Origin: an uncultured Bacilli bacterium
GTDB lineage: Bacteria; Bacillota_I; Bacilli_A; RF39; UBA660
NCBI GenBank assembly: GCA_947632415.1
Contig: CANRPB010000001.1
Location: forward strand, 19,549 to 83,548
DNA length: 64,000 nt
Direction: 5' to 3'
In this document: positions 32,215-41,157 of the stretch, piece by piece
Position numbering within the stretch: position 1 is the first letter of the stretch
Layout: every line of letters begins with the position of its first letter
The notes under the pieces: model-generated
The model's database searches: none
What the model was told of the DNA's origin: nothing
What the model saw: only the letters and a program-made list of their open reading frames with translations
Program-made: the position numbers and the translations under genes

Positions 32215-32740
32215 ATTATGAAAAATTTAATTAGAATAGTGGAGGTAGAGATCTCCGACAATCTCGTCCGTACGACTGCTCCATAGACCTAACAGTCAAT
32301 TGTGGATATGTAGCCGACCAAAGCTACATACCCTATGGTCTTGTAAATGGTTAGTTCACTATATACTGATCTTGATGATATACGAATGATGACAGCTTTT
32401 ATCCTATACACTGTGATTCGAAGATTCACATCATTCAGTCTATGCTTGATACCACGACTAAAGCTTTTCTCTATTTCTAGAGGACAATCTTATTGTCGCG
32501 ATCTCAGACTTATGATCAGTAGTTCATTGTGGTCCCTCATAACTGATTCAAAGATACTGTATGAGACCTGTTAATTCAGGTCTGTAATGCGACTCAGGCC
32601 CTGTGCGCAATGCAACTTCCGACTCACGCATTAAAGTTATTGATTCAAAGATTCTAAACTTGGAACTTCTTTTTTTATGAAAGTCACTTCAGTGACTTGA
32701 GTAAATAAGCCACGCTAGTGGACTTTTATTTTTAATCGAA

Positions 32741-33211
32741 TTAGCGACGGTTAATACCCGGTACTAATTCATCGTATCTCCATTGCCATGAATCTGGGAA
32801 GAGTTCACGTAAATCATTCTGTGATTCATCGATACTCTTACCGATTTCAATTAAGTCTTTATCGTACTGCTTCTTCATCTCACGAGCTTCTTTATCCCAT
32901 GCAGACACAGGTTTCTTTCCACTCTTGATGTCTTCAGCAAGTGCTGATAATTCCTTCAGGTAAGTTTTGATACGTTGGTTTGTACGATTGGATCTACGAA
33001 CTTGCAATACCGCAGAGGATACTGTAAATTCACATTTCTGTACAACAGCAACTAACTCGTTCGTTAACTTCTCTTTGCGACGTTCAGCAATCTTTTCAGC
33101 TGCTTTGGTTGCAATATCTTCAGTTACTTTACTAGAGTTAGCGATAACATCTTGGATGTTTTCACCATCAATATCCTGCGTAAGGATATTCATCTTTTTG
33201 TCTTCTGCCAT
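32741..33211 (-). CDS. Hypothetical protein
   Basis: 156-aa ORF. TAA stop. Confidence 0.65.
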   Translation of the reverse strand: MAEDKKMNILTQDIDGENIQDVIANSSKVTEDIATKAAEKIAERRKEKLTNELVAVVQKCEFTVSSAVLQVRRSNRTNQRIKTYLKELSALAEDIKSGKKPVSAWDKEAREMKKQYDKDLIEIGKSIDESQNDLRELFPDSWQWRYDELVPGINRR

Positions 33212-33544
33212 TTTGATTAAGCTTTAATTGATTTAACAATAATTTATTTAACACTCTGTTAGTACCAAATTAAAAGACCTACCCTATTTATTTGTATTGC
33301 TTATTCATAGGAAACCCATTTCCTTCTTTCATAAACTGTTTATAAACAGGTTGACCGTTGTATAGTCCATTGTACTCTTGCATATAGCTTCCATTAGGGT
33401 TCTGGTTATTTGTAGGTCTTTATGTTGATTGGATTCACCACATTATTAAGTTTTAGTTAATAATATTATATAGTTTGGGTAGATACTCTGGCGGAATATC
33501 TACCTCTAACTATCATAGCAACAATAATGAGTATCACCTCAATA

Positions 33545-33649
33545 TTATTTAGTACTTGCCTTGCAACGGTTATAAGGCACCATTTTAGCATGTTTTGGCT
33601 GCTTCTTAGGATTCTTAGTAGCTTGCCAAGGTTTAACTTTTTGTGACAT
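33545..33649 (-). CDS. Small basic protein (34 aa), candidate
   Basis: MSQKVKPWQATKNPKKQPKHAKMVPYNRCKASTK. Its ATG overlaps the upstream TAA as TAATG. Confidence 0.4.
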   Translation of the reverse strand: MSQKVKPWQATKNPKKQPKHAKMVPYNRCKASTK

Positions 33650-34116
33650 TAGAATAGTTTGATTATTGGATTAATATCGCGAATTAATTCAGGCATATGT
33701 TCGAGACCGTAATTCTTCAATACTTCACGATGACGCGTATATGTCATATTACCATTTATTTTAGCTACTTTAGATAACAGCTCACTGTACTGATTTTTAG
33801 TAGAAATCAGGTAAGCAATCAAATCACTGTTATGAACAGCTAATGGTTTCAATGATGTTGCACCGATATGAGTAATTATATCTTTACAAAGAGATTCAAT
33901 CTGTTTCAAAATACTATCTTCTTTGTTTTCTTTGATATTTATTACTGTTGGTACTATTGACATACGTATTAATGCGGTAGTTACTTCTTCATCATTTAAT
34001 ATGGTAATATCTCCTTCTTCTGCAGAAGTATATTCACCGATCACGTCGCTCAACTTTGATGCTAATTTAGGTTCGTCTTTAATAGCACCTTCGAATTTAA
34101 TGACAATTGCTTTCAT
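33649..34116 (-). CDS. Hypothetical protein
   Basis: 155-aa ORF. Confidence 0.65.
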   Translation of the reverse strand: MKAIVIKFEGAIKDEPKLASKLSDVIGEYTSAEEGDITILNDEEVTTALIRMSIVPTVINIKENKEDSILKQIESLCKDIITHIGATSLKPLAVHNSDLIAYLISTKNQYSELLSKVAKINGNMTYTRHREVLKNYGLEHMPELIRDINPIIKLF

Positions 34117-34133
34117 AACTTGATATTATTAAG

Positions 34134-34400
34134 TTATTTACTAGATACAGTAACAGATATTACTATATCATATTCATCTAATTTGTCAAATATAATATCA
34201 GTATCTAAGTCACTGCTGATTTCTATAGGTGGATCAACAGCAATTTTGATGTCTGGATGTTTACAGAGTTTTTTAGCATTAGCTAAACTAAGACCGAGGT
34301 ATTTGGTAACGGCAAGTAAATTAGCTAAATAATGATTATTCTTAAACTCTATTTCAGTGAGTTTACGCTTATTTTTAGCACTATACACTGTCATTTCCAA
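34134..34400 (-). CDS. Hypothetical protein
   Basis: 88-aa ORF. Confidence 0.55.
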   Translation of the reverse strand: MEMTVYSAKNKRKLTEIEFKNNHYLANLLAVTKYLGLSLANAKKLCKHPDIKIAVDPPIEISSDLDTDIIFDKLDEYDIVISVTVSSK

Positions 34401-34615
34401 TCCTCCACTGCTTTAGAAAATGCAATTATATTTTCATCAGCATCGCCTGCAACAAATACCTCATTATCATAATCAATGGTTAGTATAAATGCTCTTTTAT
34501 CATATAGCATTTTAATGCTAAATCCTGTAATAAGACTTAATTGCACAGCACATGGTTCTTCAACACCGTTTTTATAAACCATGTTAAAAAATAAGAAATT
34601 TCCAATTCTTTTCAT
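34391..34615 (-). CDS. Hypothetical protein
   Basis: 74-aa ORF overlapping the next gene by 10 nt. Confidence 0.55.
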   Translation of the reverse strand: MKRIGNFLFFNMVYKNGVEEPCAVQLSLITGFSIKMLYDKRAFILTIDYDNEVFVAGDADENIIAFSKAVEDWK

Positions 34616-34968
34616 AATTTGATATTATTTGATTAACGGCGTGTGCAAGAGCATTTTGCACAATTTTACATTTGTTTCAGAATAAGTACTAGTAATGCTC
34701 ACTAGCGTTAGTGTAACAATAAACACCATAAAACACATTTACTTTAGTTCTTGATACTCACTAATTACGAATAGCAGGTATAGTAATCAGCTATACCTTA
34801 TCACGGCATGATTTTAACGCCTGCACTAATACTTATCTAAAAGGCTAGCACTTTTGATAAGATATGAGCCCCACATGTTTGTTACTGATTCTCACAGTGA
34901 AAGCGTGTATACTATTCTCACGAACCATATACACCATACGTAATTATGAACAAAAGCATTATTAAAGC

Positions 34969-35442
34969 TTATTTGTTTAACAACGAGTCGTTATTTGCAT
35001 CACGCTTGATGTTGTCTTCAACATACTGTTGGGCTTTAGCCCCTGACACAACTTTATTATAGTCTCTTGGATTTGCTTCATAAATATGAACTACATCTGC
35101 ATTAGACAATGATGTACCATGCTGAGTTAGTATATCAACTAATACTACTTCAGGTATGGATAAGAATACACTGTCTATGCGTCTTTCTTCACGCATTACT
35201 TCACGCATCTCAAGAAAGTCTTTAATTGTTAAATGCGCATCTTCAATGATAACAGGCTCATTTTCTTCAATTTGTACTTCAGTTTGGTTCTCACCAGTAA
35301 AGAAATCTGCAATTCTGTTTCTATCTAAATAGATTATACAACCTATTAAGATTACAACAATTGCCACTAGAATTGCCGTTAAACATGAATTGCTTTTACG
35401 ACAATTGCATTTAAATTCTGTTTCTTTTAATTCTTCATTCAT
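34969..35442 (-). CDS. Single-pass membrane protein
   Basis: TM segment LTAILVAIVVILIGCIIY after a short Cys-rich N-terminus. 157 aa. Confidence 0.6.
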   Translation of the reverse strand: MNEELKETEFKCNCRKSNSCLTAILVAIVVILIGCIIYLDRNRIADFFTGENQTEVQIEENEPVIIEDAHLTIKDFLEMREVMREERRIDSVFLSIPEVVLVDILTQHGTSLSNADVVHIYEANPRDYNKVVSGAKAQQYVEDNIKRDANNDSLLNK

Positions 35443-35470
35443 TTTGATAATGTTTTTAAGTTAATAATTA

Positions 35471-35836
35471 TTATTCACCCCAAAACCAATCTTGGATTAG
35501 TTCTGCAAAGTTATTTAAGATATATTGCCCATCTTCAAATTCCTTTATTTTCAAGGAATTACCGACACTAACATCGGAACAGTCTACCCCATAATACGAA
35601 TAAATGCCGAACGAGCCCGCAGTTTTATCATATCTCTTTTTATATAAGTAAGAATAGATATAGTAATAATCAAATTTAGGTTCCCATGGTTTATTGCAAT
35701 TACTAATGAAATTCAATGCAGCGATAATTGTACTAAGCTGTTCATATAGGTTCATGTGCTTATCTGCATAAGTTCTAGGCTTTCTACCTATTACTTTACA
35801 GGCGTCTTTGTAAGATTTGATGTCTTCTCGTTTCAT
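35471..35836 (-). CDS. Hypothetical protein
   Basis: 121-aa ORF. Confidence 0.6.
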   Translation of the reverse strand: MKREDIKSYKDACKVIGRKPRTYADKHMNLYEQLSTIIAALNFISNCNKPWEPKFDYYYIYSYLYKKRYDKTAGSFGIYSYYGVDCSDVSVGNSLKIKEFEDGQYILNNFAELIQDWFWGE

Positions 35837-35855
35837 ATTAGTTAAGAGTTAATAA

Positions 35856-36137
35856 TTATTTAATCGTGTCACCTACAAAATAGTTGCAGATGTATACATG
35901 GTCACGCACTTTAACTCTACGTGATTCTTTTGTTATTGGATTTAATAGGAGCATGACATAGTCATCACCTGCGAGAAATTTATTACTTACGATGTAGTTA
36001 CGGTAAGTAATACTAAGATCAACATAGCCTAATGGCTCACTACCCCGAATTGTTCTAGGTGAAGTAATTATTGCTGCGCATATCAAACTGATTATCAGTA
36101 TAATAGCTAAGATGTTAAGTATTTTCTTTATGAGCAT
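35856..36137 (-). CDS. Membrane-anchored protein
   Basis: N-terminal TM ILNILAIILIISLICAAII. 93 aa. Confidence 0.6.
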   Translation of the reverse strand: MLIKKILNILAIILIISLICAAIITSPRTIRGSEPLGYVDLSITYRNYIVSNKFLAGDDYVMLLLNPITKESRRVKVRDHVYICNYFVGDTIK

Positions 36138-36282
36138 AGGTAATATAGGATATAGATTAATATACCTGCTGCTATTGCAATAATCACATCATAACCTTTT
36201 GGGTTGTTACTATTATTTGCTAAGAATGTGATCATGTTTACAATGCCATATTCTATTATGTTTTAAGTAATGATACACTAGC

Positions 36283-36567
36283 TTATTCAGCTAGTATATC
36301 ATTTATTAGACTATTTTTAATTTCTTTTTGCTTCTGTTGATGATAGTTTTTGGCTTTAATACTTTGAATTCTCGTCTTCAACTTAGCCAGATCATCAACA
36401 GTTAGTCCTTCAGCATACTGTCTGAAATCGGCGAGGTATTTATCCTTTCGGTAGCCGGTTTCTAACTGTGCTTTTTGCCACAGTTCAAGTGCATCATCGA
36501 TATTTGGTCTCTGGTTGCATGATGCAAGCATTAGGCTGATTAAGCCTAAGAATAAAATCTTTTTCAT
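36283..36567 (-). CDS. Lipoprotein
   Basis: Signal peptide with lipobox: MKKILFLGLISLMLASC. Confidence 0.7.
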   Translation of the reverse strand: MKKILFLGLISLMLASCNQRPNIDDALELWQKAQLETGYRKDKYLADFRQYAEGLTVDDLAKLKTRIQSIKAKNYHQQKQKEIKNSLINDILAE

Positions 36568-36719
36568 TTTAGGTATAATTTATAGTAAATTGTTGATAAT
36601 GTTACTAATAGAATTACGATTATAAATCGCATAGGCAATGTTAAAATAGGGTAAATAGCTAATACTACAAGTAAGTAGATTATTATCGCAGCTATTATTG
36701 CTTTACTTGCTTTCTTCAT
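36564..36719 (-). CDS. Small two-TM membrane protein (51 aa)
   Basis: MKKASKAIIAAIIIYLLVVLAIYPILTLPMRFIIVILLVTLSTIYYKLYLK, read codon by codon. Its TGA overlaps the lipoprotein ATG as ATGA. Confidence 0.5.
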   Translation of the reverse strand: MKKASKAIIAAIIIYLLVVLAIYPILTLPMRFIIVILLVTLSTIYYKLYLK

Positions 36720-36819
36720 ACTTCTTAAGTTTATTGATTAAACGTTAATTGGTTCGGCCCTCTGGCTAGGTCTTTTATCTTGCTAGGTGCGACGGCCATT
36801 TATTGAGAACAGGTGAGGC

Positions 36820-37257
36820 TTATTCAGCCTCGCCCATTCTTTGCAGAAAATCTGCTCTGTCGATAAAATCGGCAAAGCAGCTGGTCTGCCGTGCAAACGC
36901 CAGTTGTCCAGCGTCTATTTTTACGGCGTTGTCGTAAAAATATGTTGCACTACGCGTAGCGTCTGCATACACATCTGACTCGGAACGAGACAGACCTTGT
37001 ATCGTACGGTACGTACGAAGTGTACCGTTTCTGTCCAACTGGACAGGAACAATTTGTGCTGACCATTTGGTCAATTGCAACTGATCGCCTTCAGCAATCT
37101 CTCCGTCTCTGTAAAAGAGACGTGAAATCTCTGTGACGCCAGTCTCGAGATTCTTGAATCTGGCCATGAAGCCAGTTTTACGTTCAGTCTCAGTAAGTTC
37201 TACGCACTCAGCTGATATTGTCTCTCTCTTGAGAGACCAGAAAATGTCTTTAGCCAT
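36820..37257 (-). CDS. Orphan protein on a GC-rich island
   Basis: Start taken at MAKDIFW (ATG 37257). The track start at 37365 is TTG. 36841-36900 is 30/60 GC, versus about one third in the flanks. Confidence 0.6.
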   Translation of the reverse strand: MAKDIFWSLKRETISAECVELTETERKTGFMARFKNLETGVTEISRLFYRDGEIAEGDQLQLTKWSAQIVPVQLDRNGTLRTYRTIQGLSRSESDVYADATRSATYFYDNAVKIDAGQLAFARQTSCFADFIDRADFLQRMGEAE

Positions 37258-37420
37258 GATAAAGCAGTTTTGATAACACAACACGAGGCGGGGGTCCTTC
37301 CCTCGCGAAGTGGGTCGGGGGCGTTTGATGTGATAATTCCACGCATTCACTTTTATACCAATCAAAAAATTTTTCAGAAATTTTTAAAATCCAGTCTAGT
37401 ATATGATAACCTGTTAGATG

Positions 37421-37524
37421 CCCATAGAGGCTATTTTAAAGCGATTTAAGACACTTTTAGGTACTGAGTAGTATAAGTGTAAGGTTGAATATAGATAATG
37501 GCTTAGAAAGCCTTAAAATGAGTC
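37421..37524. repeat. Copy B of the three-copy element, in the divergent intergenic region
   Basis: CCCATAGAGGCTATTTTAAAGCGATTTAAGACACTTTTAGGT, then AATGGCTTAGAAAGCCTTAAAATG. Matches copy A block for block. Confidence 0.6.
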
Positions 37525-37768
37525 AGCTTGGGGGAGAGAATGCTTTTATACACTAAAACCTTCGGTTTTAAATAAGAGGGGGTTCTCTTCTTTCTTTTTA
37601 TTTATTTTTCTTTCTTTAGGAAGTAGATTCTAAAGGAGAAACCCTTTCTTTCTTGTTCTTTCTTTTTCTTTCTTCTCTTGTAGTATTGACAGTTAAAATT
37701 TTATAATAGCAACTACAACTAAATGCGCTATTACGCGTTATATACCACACAATACCCAATTAAGTGAA

Positions 37769-37954
37769 ATGAGACGAATAGTAAAACCAGTAGTTTACAC
37801 CGGTAAACTAATTGAATACGAAGGTAAACAATACAGGTTATACCCTGAGAGAAGTATCTGTGGTTGCAATGGTTGTGACTTACTTGGTAAACAAAGTTGT
37901 GTAGCTGAATTGACTAAATACTGCACACAAGGTTATATCTTAAAGAAAGTATGA
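37769..37954 (+). CDS. Small Cys-rich protein, paralog 1 (no TAG)
   Basis: GKQYRLYPERSICGCNGCDLLGKQSC...KYC. TGA stop. Confidence 0.6.
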   Translation: MRRIVKPVVYTGKLIEYEGKQYRLYPERSICGCNGCDLLGKQSCVAELTKYCTQGYILKKV

Positions 37955-38163
37955 TGTTACATGACCCTGAACTAGCAGAGATTATCAAAAACCATTAGCC
38001 AGTCGAAATTGCAGGTAAACAGTACTACATTGAACCAAATCGTAGTGGTTCCTGTGATGGTTGCGCTTTTGAAGGCAAAAGTAAATGCCCATAGCGAGCA
38101 GTCACGTATTGTTGCTCAAATGGTGGAAATATATTAATTGCAGTTGATAATGGATAGAAATAA
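37951..38163 (+). CDS. Small Cys-rich protein, paralog 2 (three in-frame TAG)
   Basis: ATGA overlap with paralog 1. GKQYYIEPNRSGSCDGCAFEGKSKC...YCC. Reads through 3 TAG to TAA 38161-38163. Confidence 0.55.
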
Positions 38164-38458
38164 ATTGAATGAAGAGTGGTTGTCTCTTAAAAAACAACAG
38201 AATGAAATACAGGCTAAGTTACAACGTATTGACTACGCGTTACGTAGTGATGATGAATTAGCTGATGTCTTCATGAATGATAAGTTGAAATTAGATGTTG
38301 TACCTAATGATGTTCCTGCACTAGCTGGTGTATCAATGGTTGCCGTAATAGATGCCGATGCATACTTGATTGAAATCATAGATGGTTGGGTAGCTAAGCT
38401 GCAAATTAAAGAGAAGACAACAGTAGAGAAGTACTTAGAAATGTGTAAAGTTAAATAA
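38150..38458 (+). CDS. Hypothetical protein
   Basis: ATG at 38150 (MDRNKLNEEW) is preferred over the track TTG at 38138. Confidence 0.55.
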   Translation: MDRNKLNEEWLSLKKQQNEIQAKLQRIDYALRSDDELADVFMNDKLKLDVVPNDVPALAGVSMVAVIDADAYLIEIIDGWVAKLQIKEKTTVEKYLEMCKVK

Positions 38459-38459
38459 G

Positions 38460-38810
38460 ATGGAAGATAAGATATTAGAAACTGTACTCAACGACCTGCA
38501 ATACGTATGCGTAAAGGACGTACTGGTTAAACCATTGGAACCGATAATGGTTACCAAAGAAATCACTGAACAAGTACCTAATGGGGAAGTGGATGAACAA
38601 GGTTTTAACCTATATGACACTAAAACAGAAATTAAAGAAGTAGAATCTAATTGGGCTACTGGCGTAGTATTGACTGTACCTGCAAACGTGGAAGCAGCCT
38701 TCAAACCAGGTGATACAGTTGTGTACAACAAGAAGTTTGCAATGGATTTTGACCTATTTAGAGACAGTAAACTGATTAAACCGTACGACGTAATAGCAAT
38801 TAAGAAATAA
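38460..38810 (+). CDS. GroES/Cpn10-like co-chaperonin (candidate)
   Basis: Pattern VLVKPLE...(loop)...GVVLTVP...PGDTVVY...YDVIAI parallels GroES VIVKR...GEVLAVG...VGDIVIF...DILAI. Confidence 0.5.
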   Translation: MEDKILETVLNDLQYVCVKDVLVKPLEPIMVTKEITEQVPNGEVDEQGFNLYDTKTEIKEVESNWATGVVLTVPANVEAAFKPGDTVVYNKKFAMDFDLFRDSKLIKPYDVIAIKK

Positions 38811-38811
38811 G

Positions 38812-39219
38812 ATGGAATACAGAGTAATTAAAGAGTTCGGTTCAGCAAAGAAGGGTGACGTATTGGAAAGTGATAACTCCGGTTTTGTGTCGTTCGATGT
38901 AACTGAAAAAAGCGGTAGAAGTGAGTACACTAGGGCAATGACACTTGATGTGGATACTGCTGAATGCATGGTTGAAGATGGTTATCTTGAAAGAGTTACA
39001 GACGAATGTTGCTGTGAGGATTGCACTTGCAAGAAGATTGAAGACACAGTAGAACTGATCGATACCTTGATTGAACAGTACGACAAAGATCACAAAGATA
39101 CACTGGAAAAGGCTGAAAAAGGTGAGATACCGCCTTGTGTTAAAGTTGAAGCTGAGACCGTGTACTATAACTTAAATAAAGTACTCAACAAGATTAAAAA
39201 CGAGTTACTAGATGAATAA
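38812..39219 (+). CDS. Hypothetical Cys-rich acidic protein
   Basis: 135-aa ORF with DECCCEDCTC. Confidence 0.6.
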   Translation: MEYRVIKEFGSAKKGDVLESDNSGFVSFDVTEKSGRSEYTRAMTLDVDTAECMVEDGYLERVTDECCCEDCTCKKIEDTVELIDTLIEQYDKDHKDTLEKAEKGEIPPCVKVEAETVYYNLNKVLNKIKNELLDE

Positions 39220-39604
39220 ATTAGTGAAGACCTTAAGTAAAACCGATTTACTCAAGGAATTCCTAAAAAGCTTAAATGGGGTACTAAGTATAACTAACAA
39301 AGAATTAAGGATACTACAAGTATTGATTGATATACAGCTTGGTAATACTGAGTTAGATTAGACGACTGATATTACTGGTGGAGTACTGAATAAATATGCT
39401 AGAAAGTATATCATGAATAAGCTAAATGTTTCGCCAGAAAATTTAAGTAGATATTTCACTAAATTCAAGAAGTTAGGTATATTAGTACCCAGTAGGCAAT
39501 ATGTCGGGGAATACGTAGTCAATAAAGCATTGATACCTGAGATAATCGGTGATAGGGTGCAAATAGTAATAATACTGAAGATAGATGAAAGAAATGAAAA
39601 GTAA
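39212..39604 (+). CDS. Helix-turn-helix DNA-binding protein (candidate). One in-frame TAG.
   Basis: ATG 39212 is in frame with track ORF 39413..39604 across a single TAG. HTH-like NVSPENLSRYFTKFKKLGIL. Confidence 0.55.
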
Positions 39605-39986
39605 AGTGGTTGCGTTAAAGCCTGGCACAATATTGTGTTGGAAGGACTATAACATGTTTAAGACCGCTTGGAGTAAATTAACCGGTAAGCATTTAGATTA
39701 TAACCGTTTTGTGATATTGATTGAGCCAACTGATTTTATCACAAGTAGTGAATACAATAGTAATGCTTATGAACCGGTACGAGTATACAACCAGAAGGAA
39801 ATAGCTAAATTAGTGAAGCTAGTGAAAGCAAATAAGGACAACACTACTTTTGCAGACATTAAAGTGATTGTTAATGCTATCAGACCAAAAACATTTGATG
39901 CCGTACTTACTTTAGATGACTGCAAATACTATAAAAAATTGGATTTAAATGCGAACGCCATCGAGTATTTATACAAAGCTGAGTAA
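39585..39986 (+). CDS. Hypothetical protein
   Basis: 133-aa ORF. Confidence 0.6.
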   Translation: MKEMKSKVVALKPGTILCWKDYNMFKTAWSKLTGKHLDYNRFVILIEPTDFITSSEYNSNAYEPVRVYNQKEIAKLVKLVKANKDNTTFADIKVIVNAIRPKTFDAVLTLDDCKYYKKLDLNANAIEYLYKAE

Positions 39987-40123
39987 CCAGTATAATATAC
40001 CGTACCAAGTTATAGAAGTAATATGTAACAGTCCATTTAGGTTTGCTAGCGAAGCGATAAGTTAGTATGTCCAGAAGCCGATAAGATTTTAGTACTTGGG
40101 TAAATTTAAGTTAAAGAAGAGAT

Positions 40124-40567
40124 ATGAGTAGAAAGACAATACCGAGCAATGTGAAGGAGTTCAGTCCAGTGATATACCCGAGACTACTGTGGGTAGCTAA
40201 ATCATTGGATAACCTAGGTGATTACTTTGTATTCTTATCGAATAGCAACAGCGACAAAGAAGTAAGCTTTGAAGACATGGTTGATGATATAGATAATGGT
40301 GGTGGTATAATGGTGACTTGCAAGGTCATGCGGAAGTCTGATAATAAACTAGGTGTAATGGTCATATTCGTCGATTTAGATGACTTTAATCCGTCAGTGA
40401 TACCACATGAAGCAGTACATGTTGCAGATTATTACTATGAACAACTCGGTATGTATACTCAAAATTTCTGTGATGGCAATGAATCTTATGCCTATTTAGT
40501 TGGCTGGGCTGGTGGTTGCATTAGTAAAACGGTTAGTGAATTAAAAGCTGAAGAATATGACGATTGA
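40124..40567 (+). CDS. HExxH-motif protein (putative zinc metallopeptidase)
   Basis: IPHEAVHV (HEAVH at 40406-40420). Confidence 0.5.
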   Translation: MSRKTIPSNVKEFSPVIYPRLLWVAKSLDNLGDYFVFLSNSNSDKEVSFEDMVDDIDNGGGIMVTCKVMRKSDNKLGVMVIFVDLDDFNPSVIPHEAVHVADYYYEQLGMYTQNFCDGNESYAYLVGWAGGCISKTVSELKAEEYDD

Positions 40568-40877
40568 GGAAAGTAAGGCGATGTGGGAGTTAGAGAAAGA
40601 GAATACTGACTACACTAAACTTAGTAAAGAAATGAAGCAGTTATATGACAAAGTAGATGAGTTAATTAACGCTGGTGTCATTACTTATGAGGAATTCACT
40701 AGTGATACCATAGATGCAATGACTACCAATATTGTCAATAACGGCAAAGCAAATAAGAACCCAGATAGGTATGAACAAGTAAAAGTGATGTGTCTTGATT
40801 TACTTGAAAAGTATAATAACATAAAGACTGATAACAATGATAAAGGAGCAATCGACAATGAAGAAATTACTAATTGA
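40557..40877 (+). CDS. Hypothetical protein
   Basis: 106-aa ORF. Confidence 0.55.
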   Translation: MTIEESKAMWELEKENTDYTKLSKEMKQLYDKVDELINAGVITYEEFTSDTIDAMTTNIVNNGKANKNPDRYEQVKVMCLDLLEKYNNIKTDNNDKGAIDNEEITN

Positions 40878-41157
40878 TAAATACGCCAACTTAATACTGT
40901 TTGATGAATCTACTAACAGTATTGAAGAATTGCCTGAAGAGTGTGATATATCTACTGCTTTTGTAGCTGAAGAAGATGGTCAAGCGATTAGTAGAACTGA
41001 AGTAGTTAATTATAAAGCTGGTGACTTAGTGATAGTCTTTAGAGCATACAAGAAAGATAACTGGTTAAATAAGACTGTTGTTTGTAATGACGTGTTTGCC
41101 AAAGATGACGTGGTTGCTTGGTATAAATCATTAAAAACAGATAATGAAGCTATTTGA
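40837..41157 (+). CDS. Hypothetical protein. The start may be ATG 40858.
   Basis: 106-aa ORF. The internal MKKLLIDK start is preceded by AGGAG. Confidence 0.55.
   Translation: MIKEQSTMKKLLIDKYANLILFDESTNSIEELPEECDISTAFVAEEDGQAISRTEVVNYKAGDLVIVFRAYKKDNWLNKTVVCNDVFAKDDVVAWYKSLKTDNEAI

Noticed and set aside
32347-32574. 75-aa + strand ORF inside the 0.97-kb non-coding block.
   Set aside because: It is opposite in orientation to the surrounding module, has a low-complexity sequence, and overlaps hairpin-rich sequence.
37686-37707. TTGACA ... TATAAT pair that looked like a sigma-70 promoter for the late module.
   Set aside because: The spacer is only 10 nt (37692-37701), which is far from the 16-18 nt optimum. 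Bacteroidota promoters also use a different consensus.
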